From positions 22,258,001 to 22,322,000 of the forward strand of contig OZ316775.1 of assembly GCA_973851085.1 (NCBI GenBank): a stretch of 64,000 nt of DNA, given 5' to 3'. A program made the position numbers and the translations under genes. This DNA comes from Ptychomitrium polyphyllum. Taxonomy: Eukaryota. The notes under the pieces were generated by a model. The model saw only the letters and a program-made list of their open reading frames with translations, was not told the origin of the DNA and searched no databases. Shown here piece by piece: positions 52,301 through 62,630 of this stretch (its first letter is position 1; every line of letters starts with the position of its first letter).

Positions 52301-54519
52301 TGGGAGAGGCGTATCTCCCACAATACTAACTCAAATTGGGCGTTTAAGAAGTCTATCGGCATCTACGCGAAGAGTAGATGACAATAGAGTGGTTGCTCGA
52401 TACATCCGGGTACCAAATGAGGAAGATATGGCACCCTAAAGGTCCGCTAGGAGTCCCGGAGGCTTCCAGCGGCTAAGTCCCAAGGAGGATCAGGTGGTCT
52501 TCCAAAACTCTAGGTGTGTTGGGGTTCAGCTAGCTCCAGAGGGCCAGGGGGCCTGCCGAATCCCACAGAGAGTACTATAAGGGAGGGCTGGTCTCCCTCC
52601 CCACTCCCCTAGTGTCCCGGTAGAGACCAAAGGTGAGTCCCGGTTGGTGGAGCTAGTGTTGGGGCTTCACCACGGGCACTCCCACACCATTGTGAGCCGG
52701 TGGACGGCCGGTTTTACGAAGGGAACTAGCACCTTCAAAAGGGTATGCTTGTTACCACTCAATTGGGGTGGTGTCTTCACGCGGGCACCATGATGGCCCG
52801 AGGTGATCTTAGGATCACTTGGGCATCATGAGTGGTGGTGAGGAGACACCACTAAGTGCGGTTAGGCCGTGTGGAATGGGAGTAACACCAAGTGAGGCCT
52901 TGGACATGAATGGATGTCCACACCTAACCATTGGCTACTAATAAATTGGGTGTCCTAAGAGACATGGTAGAAAGAGTTAGAAAGTGAAAATGGGGGTTAA
53001 CCATGTGCATGTGGGGGTGTACAGAGTTGACGCGCGTGACGCTTGCTAAGGTGCATTGCAAGGGTTGCGACAGTGCAAGTGGGTCTTTCGCACAAAGAAA
53101 GACGCTTTGGGTGAAGTGGTACGCCACAATGCACGATTGGTGGCCAAGGAATTTTTTCAAGTTGCGGGAGTCGACTTCTTTGAGACCTTTGCTCCTGTCG
53201 CCAAGTTCAACACCATTCGGTGCATCCTTGCACTTAAAGCGGGGTTGAATTTGGAGATCCATCAAATGGATGTGAAGACCGCATTCTTGAATGGCAAGTT
53301 GGAGGAGGACATCTACATGAATCAACCGCAAGGATTTGAAGAAAACTTTGAGCACCTTGTGTGCAAGCTCAAGAAGTCGTTGTACGGACTTAAGCAATCA
53401 CCAAGAGCATGGTACCAACGGATTGATTCCTTCTTCACCAAAGAGTGCTTCACAAGGAGCAAAGCGGATCATTCCTTGTACATCAAGCAAACGGGTGAGT
53501 ACTTGTTGATAGTGCTCATCTATGTGGACGACTTGATCATCTTGGCTAGCCTTTTGGCAAAGTTGGCATGGCTTAAGGCCAAACTCAATTCGGAGTTTAT
53601 GATGAGTGATCTTGGGGAGTTGATGTATTGCTTGGGAGTGGAATTTGAGAGGGATTGCAAGGCATACACCATCACCATGAGCCAAAGGAAGCACATCAAG
53701 GAGGTGCTCAAGCGCTTCAACATGGAGGAGTGCAAGCCCATTGGTACGCCCCTTGATGTGAATGTCAAGTTGTTGAAGCTTTTGAAGGAGGAATTTGAGG
53801 CCATCAAAGGTGAGATGGAAGGCGAGCCATACAAGTCTGGTGTTGGCTCATTGATGTATGCCATGGTGGCTACACGAGCTGACCTTGCGTTTGCGATGAG
53901 CATGGTGAGCCAATTCATGTCTAGGGCCGGTCCGGCACATTGGAGTGCGGTGAAGCGCATCATGTGGTACTTGCAAAGTACCATGGACTACAAGTTGTGC
54001 CTTGGTGGTAAGGAGCTTGCTTTGAGGCAGTATTGCGATGCGGATTAGGCCAGAGATGCAAACGAGCGTCGTTCAACAACCGGATACGTGTTTTTTGTTG
54101 GAGTTGGTGCAATCTCGTGGAATTGTAGGAGGCAACCTACAAATGCGTTGTCTATAACAGAGGCGGAGTACATGGCCACTAGCCAAAGCACCAAGGAGGC
54201 CATTTGGCTTTGAAAGCTTTTGGCGGATGTAGGGTTTGTGCAAGAAGATGCCACAACCATCATGTGCGACAACCAAGGATGCATCGTACTTGCAAAGAAC
54301 CCCACACACCACTTACGCACGAAGCACATCGATGTGCAACACCACTTCATTTGCGAGAAGTTGGAGAGCGGCAAAATAAGCTTGAAATATTGCCCGACGG
54401 AAGACATGGTTTCTGACGTGTTGACAAAAGCACTTGCAAAGGCTCGACATCAACGCTTGGCAAAGGAAATGGGATTGCGAGAAGATAACTACTCGCAAAG
54501 TGGGAGTGTTGGAGATTAG
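49346..54519 (+). pseudogene. Copia gag-pol polyprotein, disrupted by stops and a solo-LTR insertion
   Basis: KFNGDNFGLWKFRM, zinc knuckle CYNCGKLGYLAQNC, protease WIMDSSAT, LWHRQLGHLN..CEGCVQGK, integrase VHSDVCG, RT HQMDVKTAFLNG / LYGLKQSPRAW / YVDDL, and RNase H CDNQG..TKHIDV. Confidence 0.93.
51928..53072 (+). mobile_element. Solo LTR (1145 bp) inserted in the copia RT
   Basis: Termini TGTCGC...GCGACA; perfect TSD GTGCA (51923-51927 and 53073-53077). Removal restores GCKWVF. TATA-like tactataa on the + strand. Confidence 0.92.
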
Positions 54520-55369
54520 AGTTGCTTGTAGTATTTACGGTGGTATAAATTTTATTGTATTGAGGTAGATATAGAAGGAGAGAAAATGAAGAAAAAAAGG
54601 GGAGAGGGGAAAGCCACTTAAGAGGTACATATATGATACATGGTCAACGTGGTAGGACTAACTCACAAGTCTTGCATGCGAAGGCAAGGACAAGTGGGCG
54701 TATGAGTTGGCATAAAGGAACTTAAAAGTGGCTTTGGAATGCGATTTGCAAGATACTTGAGAAGGACCTTAAAAAGTGCTTGAGACGTTACTATGTATTA
54801 GTATATGTAAAGCCCTTTGAGAAAAGGCAACATCTCACTTCAAGCATTGTTTGTACTACTTTCTAAGGTTATGTGCTTGTGTAATCTTCTTCTCTACTTC
54901 CAATGTCTTCAAGAGCTCCATCATTATAAGAAACTTCCTACAAAACTTCCTTGGAAAAGATTCCATTATCTTAAGAAACTTCCTAGGAAGGTTCTACTCC
55001 TTTTGTAAACATCCTAAGAAGGTTCCGCTACCTTAGGAAACTTCCAAGTAAGGTTCCAATTCCTTGGAAGACTCTTACAAAGGTTCCGACATCTTAGGAA
55101 ACTTCTTGGCAAGGTTCCCTAGACTTCTAAAACATTCTTAAGCCTTGTAAGAAGCTTCTTTAGAAGTATCCTAGGAGATACAAACGTCATAGTATAAATA
55201 AGAGGCAAGACAAGGTATTCCTTAGTCTTGCCAACACAAGTTGTGGATCATCTTGAATCCTGCCTTGTTCTAGTCTTTGTATCAACTTCTTGTTAATCAT
55301 TAGCTCTTTGGAAGCTAATTCTTGGAAAACACTTCGTTTTTGCTTCTTGTTTCTTGTGTCCCTAACAGT

Positions 55370-55381
55370 TTGGCAAGACTA
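55370..55381 (+). promoter_or_regulatory. Self-priming primer binding site of the chromovirus
   Basis: ttggcaagacta is the exact reverse complement of tagtcttgccaa (55223-55234), which lies ~30 nt after the LTR TATA box tataaata (55193-55200). Confidence 0.7.
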
Positions 55382-55603
55382 TTCTTCATCTCTATCAGAG
55401 TTAAGGTTCTTTGAAGAAGGTTGTGGATTATCCATCTTCTTTAGGATTCCATAGCGTCTTAGAGGTTGCGGATTATCCTCCTCTAAGCTGGCACCATAGA
55501 GTTGGTTTCTCCTTTTAGAACTAAGTATTACTTCTTTCAAAGAACGTGGATTTTCTTCCTTTGAAGGTACTCATAGTCTTTCTGTCTCTGAGAGTTTTAA
55601 TAA

Positions 55604-58600
55604 ATGGATAACGTGCCTAAAACATCAGAGAATAGATTTGCAACTATTGCAGACCTTCAAGAGTTATTAAACACAGTTCGAACGGAACTTGTCCATTTTA
55701 ATACCACCAACAATTTGGAGCAACATACTCGGCAAGTTGAAGAATCCAATGGTGATATTCAAAGCCCATATCAAGAGATTGTTCGATTGCGAGACGCCAA
55801 TATTGGAAGGAAAGGCTTACGTTGAACCCATGCAGAGCCAAAGATTAGCATGCCATACAAGTTTGATGGATCAAGATCAAAATTGAGAGGCTTTGTTTAA
55901 CAAGTAAGACTCTTCCTTAGTTTGCATCAATCTTGCTATCCTAATGGCACAACTCAAGTGGGATTTGTGGCCACTCTTTTATCAAACAATGCATTATTGT
56001 GGTTTGCACCCCTAATGGAGAAGCAGTCACCATTATTGAACAACTTAGATGCTTTTATAGAAGCATTGACATCTACTTTTGGAGACACCAACCAAGAGAG
56101 GGTGGCTAAAACAAGGATCCAGAGCCTCCAACAAGGACAACGCTCAGCTGCTACATATGCTGCAAAGATTCAATAATTAGCTTGCGACCTTGATTGGAAT
56201 GATAAAGCCTTGGTCACACAATTTTGATGGGGCTTAAGAAAGAATGTAAAGGACTTGCTACTCACAATGCCAAGAGTTGAAACATTGGACGAATTCATCA
56301 TTCAAGCAATAGCATGTGACAACAGACTATTTGAGAGGCGCTAAGAACAACGCTTGGGATGGCGGCCAGTACATCAAAGCATGGCTACCACTTCTTCAAG
56401 AATATTGGATAATCAACCACAAAGACCAGAACCTATGCAAATTAATGCTGCCCAGTTCAGACGTTTGACTCCAGAAGAAAAAAAAAGGCGTCGAAGAGAA
56501 AACCTATGCTTGTATTGTGGTAAGTCTGGACATAAAGTGCACGATTGCTAAATCAAAGGATCTGCCTTTAAGGCTCAAAGCACAATGGTGGAGTTGGAAA
56601 ACGAGGCTGTCCAGTCACAATAGGGACCATGCGACTGGATACCACAAGGAAACCACCATCAAATCAAGGTCTCTTACTACCTTCAAACCCTACCTCTTGT
56701 TTTACATTTCCTATCAAAATTAAGTTGTTAGATGATGAAATAATTAGTGAGGCTCTCTTAGACACTGGTGCAACGGCATGTTTTATGGACAAGGACTTTG
56801 CAACCAAACATCACATGGTGCTTGTGAAGAAAAAATATCCTGCATCTATTGAAGTTATTAATAGACAATCTCTTGCGTCTGGCAACGTTATTGAAGAAAC
56901 TCAACCCTTGGAGGTTGTTTTAGGAGACCAGGCATCTAAGATTGTCTTCAACATCATTCAATGCCGAACAAATCCTATTGTTTTGGGCCTTCCTTGGTTG
57001 GAATTACATAATCTAGATATTGACTGGCGCTCACGGAGTGTGGTCTCAAGATAAAGACGCCAAGGTACGAGAAATCTTGGACCATCATTTATTGGAGCTA
57101 AGGCATTTATGAGAGCGGCAAAGGATGAACCAATCTATGCCATTTATGTCACGCAAATGTCTAGCTCTACAATAGAGAATAATCAAAACATACCTCGTCA
57201 ATATCAAGATTATAAAGATGTTTTTGAGAAGAAGAATGCGGACATGTTACCAAAGCACCAGCCTTACAATTGTACCATTGAGTTGCAAGAAGGAGCCCAA
57301 CCACCTTTTGGACCTATTTATAACTTATCACAAACTGAGTTGGCTGCCTTGAGAGAATATATTGATGAAAACCTCGGGAAAGGCTTCATTTAATACTCTA
57401 AATTACTTGCTGGAACATCCATCCTATTTGTAAAGAAGAAAGATGGACCATTATGTATGTGCGTGGACTATCAAGGCCTCAATAAAGTAACAAAAAAGAA
57501 TTGCTATCCATTACCATTAATCTCAGGACTCCTACAACAACTTGGCTAAGCAAAGATATTCACCAAAATTGATCTTAGAAGAGCCTACAATCTTGTACGC
57601 ATCAAAGAAGGAGACGAATGGAAGACAACTTTTCAATCTAGGTATGGTCATTTTGAATACAATGTCATGCCTTTTGGCCTTACTAATGCTCCCGCAGTCT
57701 TTCAACATATGATGAATGATATCTTCCATGAACATCCGGATGATTTTATAGTCATCTACTTAGATGCTATTTTTATATATTCAAAGGATGAACAAGACCA
57801 CGAATGTTATGTGCAATTGGTCTTAGAAAAACTACGCCAGCGAGGATTATATGCCAAATTGGAGAAGTGCCTTTTCCATGAATCCTTGGTTGAATTTTTA
57901 GGCTACATCATTTTGAAAGGAGGAATCCATATGGATAAGCAAAAAATAAGCACTGTCATAAAGTGGAATACGCCAAGCTCAATTTGAGATGTTCAATGTT
58001 TTTTGGAATTTGCAAACTTCTACAGAATATTCATCAAGAATTATTCCAAGATTGCGGCACCATTAACACGTCTTACGGGGAAGCAAAAATTCATTTGGGA
58101 TGAAGAGGTGGAAAAAGCATTTCAAAGTCTTAAGAAGTCATTCACATCGGCTCTAATTCTTATTCATCCAAATCCATCAAAGCCTTTTTATTTGGAAGCG
58201 GATGCCTCAGATTTTGTGCTTGGCTCAGTACTCTCACAATATGATGAAGACGGGAGACTTCACCCTCTTGCCTTTCGTTCAAGGAAGTTCTCAGCGGCAG
58301 AGATCAACTATGATATACATGATAAAGAACTACTTGCAATTGTGGATGCGTTTGAAGAATGGCGACACTTATTGGAAGGAGCTCAACATACCATCACGAT
58401 ATACACAGACCACAAGAACTTGGAGTATTTCATGAGTGCGCGCGTTTTGAATCGTTGTCAAGCAAGGTAAAGTATGTCGCTTTCCAGATTTGACTTTGTC
58501 ATTACCTATCAATCTGGTCGCTTGCAAGGTAAACCAAATGTCTTATTCCAAAGATCTTATTTAGCTCCTCAACCTGGAAATGATGTTTTGAATTAACAAA

Positions 58601-61242
58601 GGACTATTTTATTGAAGCCTAAGAATCTTCAATTGAAAGCAGCCATTATTACGACAACATCCCATTTTGACAAAATTTGGAAGGCTTTAAAGAATGACGT
58701 CTTTGTTTCAAATATAAAGAAGCGCCTCAAAGACAATGGAAATCCTTCAAATAGCGATGAGGATTTTGAATTCCAAGAGGGCCTACTTTATTATAAAGGA
58801 CTTTTGTACCTACCTCCAGGCCCTTTGCGGTTGAAGATCCTTCAAGCACGTCATGATTTTCCAGCAGTAGGACATTTTGGATTCAATAAAACAATGGAGT
58901 TGATTGCTAGAGACTATTGGTGGCCACAAATGTGGAAGTACGTAAAGGACTTTGTTCAATCATGCGACACTTGTGCAAGAACCAAGGTACCAAGACACCA
59001 ACTTCATGGTCTCCTCCATCCGCTTCCAGTGCCAAAGGGCCCATGGTTGTCTTTATCAATGGATTTTATCACGGACCTTTCAAATTCCAAATCTAAGGAT
59101 TTTATTTTGGTAGTGGTGGATTGATTTACCAAAATGGCACATTTCATTCCATGCAACAGACGGTAACGAGAGAAGAAACTGCCAAGTTGTTCATAAATCA
59201 CGTCTATCGTATACATGGACTACCAGATGATATTGTATCCGATCGAGGGCCGCAGTTCATTTCCAACTTTTGGAAGGCTCTATTCCAGCTGTTGCATTGA
59301 AAGATCAATCTTTCTTCAGCACACCATCCACAAATTGATGGCCAAACCGAACATCTAAATCAAATTTTAGAGCAGTACCTTCGTTGTAGCATAAACTACC
59401 AGCAAGATAATTGGATGGACCTTGTCGGGCACCTCTCTTTGAGGAGTGCCCGCAACATTAAAAACACAAAGGGGACCCCGGAGTGACATCCGAGACTTGT
59501 GGCACTAATAATGAGAGGAACCAAGTAAGCCTAACGTGGCAAGAACCCCTAGTTGGAGAAACATCCTTGCCCATGTAAATCGAGGGCCACGAGGAATAAA
59601 TTGTGGACATTGGAGGAATCACGAAGAGCTGATTCTAGTATGCTAAAGATTGCTCAAATCGGACAAGGGAGCTAAAAGTTATGGCATCCCAAAGTTGGGG
59701 TTGCCAAGGGGCTGTTGTGGACTGTGGCAGCCCTACACAGTGACTGTACTGGAGTGGGACAGTCTAGGGAGGGATTCCCAGGGAGTCCCGAACCTTGGGA
59801 GAGGCGTATCTCCCACAATACTAACTCAAATCGGACGTTTGAGGAGTCTATTGGCATCTACGCAAAGACTAAATGACGATAAAGTGGTTGCTTGATACAT
59901 ACGGGCTCCGGATGAGGAAGATATGGCTCCCTAAAGATCCGCTAGGAGTTTTGGAGGATTCCAGCGGCTAAGTTCCAAGGGAGATCGGGTGGTCTTCCAA
60001 AACTTTAGGTGTGTTGGGGTTCAGCGAGCTACAGAGGGCTAAGGAGCCTGCCGAATCCCACAGAGAGTACTATAAAGGAGGGCTGGTCCCCCTCCCCACT
60101 CCCCTAGTGTCCCGGTAGAGACCAAAGGTGAGTCCCGGTGGGTGGAGCTAGTGTTGGGGCTTCACCACGGGCACTCCCACACCATTGTGAGCCGGTGGAC
60201 GGCTGGTTTCACGAAGGGAACTAGCACGTTTAAAAGGGTACGCTTGTTACCATTAAGTTGGGGTGGTGTCTTCACGCGGGCACCATGATGGCCCGGGGTG
60301 ATCTTAGGATCGCATGGGGATCATGGATGTGGTGAGGAGACACCACTAAGTACGGTTAGGCCGTGTGGAATGGGAGTAACACCAAGTGAGGCCTTGGACA
60401 TGAATGGATGTCTACACCTAACCATTGGCTACCAATCAATTTGAGGGTCCTAAGAGAAATGGTAGAAAGACTTGGAAAGTGAGAATGGGGGTTAATCATG
60501 TGCATGTGGAAGTGTACAGGGTTGACGCGTGTGACGCTTGCTAAGGTGCATCACAAGGGTTGCAACAGACCTCTTGTCTTTGGCAGAATTTGCTTACAAC
60601 AATACGGTGCATTCTTCAACAAATTAAAGTCCATTCTTTGCAAATTATGGGCATCATCCTCGAACAGATCCATTTCAAGTGAAGCATGTTGGAAGTACTG
60701 CAGGAGAGGATTTTGCAATGCAACTTGCTAAAATCCATCAAGAAATTACTTTCCAGTTACAACAAGCTCAAGATCGTTACAAAACTTATGCAAATCGCCA
60801 TCGAAAGGACCATCAAAAGTTCAAGGTTGGAGATAACGTATGGCTCTTACGACGAAATATACAGACAAAAAGACAATCAAAGAAGTTGGACTATCAAAGG
60901 CTGGGACCGTTTGAAATCAGCAAACAGATAAATCCGGTTAGTTATTGCCTAAAGCTACCACCAAGCATGCAAATTCATCCAGTATTCCACGTATCGTTGT
61001 TGGAAACCTATAACAAATCATGTATACCAGAGAGAATTGTCCCTCCGCCTCCTCCGCTGGAAATCAATAATGAAATTGAATATGAAGTGGAAGAGATCTT
61101 AGATTCATACATCAAGAATGGATGTGTGGAGTACCTTATACATTGGCAAAAATATGGCATCAATGACCGAACATGGGAACCTTCAACAAATGTAACAAAT
61201 GCATCTGAGAAGGTACGCAAATTTCATCAAAGATATCCTTAG
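55604..61242 (+). pseudogene. Chromovirus gag and pol (PR-RT-RH-IN-chromodomain), disrupted
   Basis: Gag knuckle [14 protein letters not shown]; protease ALLDTGA; RT MPFGLTNAPAVFQ..YLDA; RNase [16 protein letters not shown]; integrase HDFPAVGHFG..CDTC..SMDFITDL; chromodomain YEVEEILDS..YLIHWQKY..RTWEP. Confidence 0.93.
59423..60567 (+). mobile_element. Solo LTR (1145 bp), same family as 51928-53072, inserted in the chromovirus integrase
   Basis: Termini TGTCGG...GCAACA; perfect TSD GACCT (59418-59422 and 60568-60572). Removal restores NWMDLLSLAEFAYNN. Confidence 0.92.
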
Positions 61243-61397
61243 AAACCAGGTCAGTGACGATGTGTCATCAGCAGCTGTTAGCTTCACAGAGAAGTTTTTC
61301 CTTCATAGACAAGTATAAGAAGGAAGGAGAGATATCCAAACCTCCAATTGTATGTAGCATTATTTCTAAGATAGATCATTTCCAGATCCTAGCCAGT

Positions 61398-61856
61398 ATG
61401 TCAAATCTTCGTGTTATCATGGATATGCGTGAAGAGCAGTCAGCCATGCCTTCATCAACAACAACATCTGTTGAGCCAACTCAACTTTCTCAGCCCTCGG
61501 TAACGGAGGATCTAAGTCAAGATATGAGAGGGACATCCCAACGTCAAGTACGACCTCGTGCAGAAGTATTGACTAGTCGCCCTTCACATTCTAGTCTTGA
61601 TTTAGATGCTCGCGCTCTAGTCATCTTGTTAGAAATTGGAAGAGTCACTCCTGGAGGATCCGAAATCTTGTTTGGAGGATGTTTTGAAGGATTGAATCAA
61701 GATCAGATCTTGGGATGAGACATTTCAACAACAAAAGTCTTGGCTGGTGGCCATCGGCGCTTCTTGCAAGGACCAATTGAACCAGTGAACAAAGAACAAC
61801 AAGTAGAGTATGTTGCTTCATTCCTTCGACAAATTTTGGAATTTGTAGAATTGTGA
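61398..61856 (+). pseudogene. Extra ORF between the chromodomain and PPT (~152 codons, one internal TGA)
   Basis: MSNLRVIMDMREEQ...QDQILG*DISTTKVLAGGHRRFLQG...LRQILEFVEL*. The single TGA is at 61716-61718. Confidence 0.4.
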
Positions 61857-61911
61857 TAAGCAAGCCAAGAAAAGGGCTCCTCATGGAACTCATCGCTCAA
61901 TGGGGAGGTGA

Positions 61912-62630
61912 TGTCACGGACATAGATCATGCAACATAGTCCTTAGATTATTTTAAAACCTTCTAGTATATTATAATAATTTCATAGAATACTTTTAGAT
62001 GTCTCCATAGTCTTTTCATGTTCTTAGGAAGCTTCCTAGGAAAGTTCCTCTATCTTAGGAAACTTCCTAGGAAGGTTCTATCATCTTAGGTAACTTCCTA
62101 AAAAACTTCCTACGAAGGTTCCATCATGTTTGGAAATTTCTTAGGAAACTTCCTAAGAAGGTTTCATCACCTTATTAATCTTCTTAGGAAGGTTTCGTCA
62201 ATTTAGGAAACTTCCTAGGAAGGTTTTGTCACCTTAGGAAACTTCCTAGGAAGATTTCATCATCTTAGAAAACTTCCTACAAAGGTTCTTCTACCTTAGG
62301 TAACTTCCAAGGAAGGTTCCAATTCCTTGGAAGGCTCTTAGGAAGGTTTTGACATCTTAGGAAACTTCTTGGGAATGTTCCCTAGACTTCCAGAACATTC
62401 TTAAGCCTTATAGGAAGCTTCTTTAGAAGAATCCTAGGAGATACAAATGCCATAGTATAAATAGGAGGCAAGACAAGGTATTCCTTAGTCTTGGCAATAT
62501 AAGTTGTGGATCATCTTGAATCCTGCCTTGGTCTAGTCTTTGTATCAACCTTTTGTTAATCATTAGCTCTTTGGAAGCTAATTCTTGGGAAACACTTCGT
62601 TTCCACTTCGTGTTTCTTGTGTTCCTAACA
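61912..62630 (+). repeat. 3' LTR of the chromovirus with an internal ~31-bp tandem array
   Basis: TGTCACGG...CCTAACA. Repeated cttaggaaacttcctaggaaggttccatcat-like units at ~62020-62400. Confidence 0.92.

Larger units (their letters stand above)
48228..54914 (+). mobile_element. Ty1/copia LTR retrotransposon nested in the chromovirus 5' LTR
   Basis: ~408-bp LTRs at 48228-48635 and 54507-54914 (TGTTGGAG...). PBS ggttataggccca at 48636-48648; PPT aaagtgggag before 54507. Domain order gag-PR-IN-RT-RH. Confidence 0.95.
47994..62630 (+). mobile_element. Full-length but inactivated Tcn1-like chromovirus (Ty3/gypsy) carrying nested insertions
   Basis: TG..CA LTRs: the 5' LTR is split (47994-48227 plus 54915-55367) and the 3' LTR is 61912-62630. 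PPT tggggaggtga at 61901-61911. Domain order gag-PR-RT-RH-IN-chromodomain. Flanking 5-mers tcaca / gtgta do not match. Confidence 0.93.

Noticed and set aside
49304..54498. Numerous antisense and alternate-frame ORFs within copia
   Set aside because: Shadow ORFs of the gag-pol frame.
51928..60567. A single LTR retrotransposon bounded by the two 1145-bp direct repeats
   Set aside because: Each repeat has its own TSD and interrupts a different host ORF; there is no PBS or PPT inside.
62020..62400. CRISPR-like array of ~31-bp palindromic repeats
   Set aside because: No unique spacers, no cas genes, eukaryotic context; it is an LTR-internal tandem repeat.
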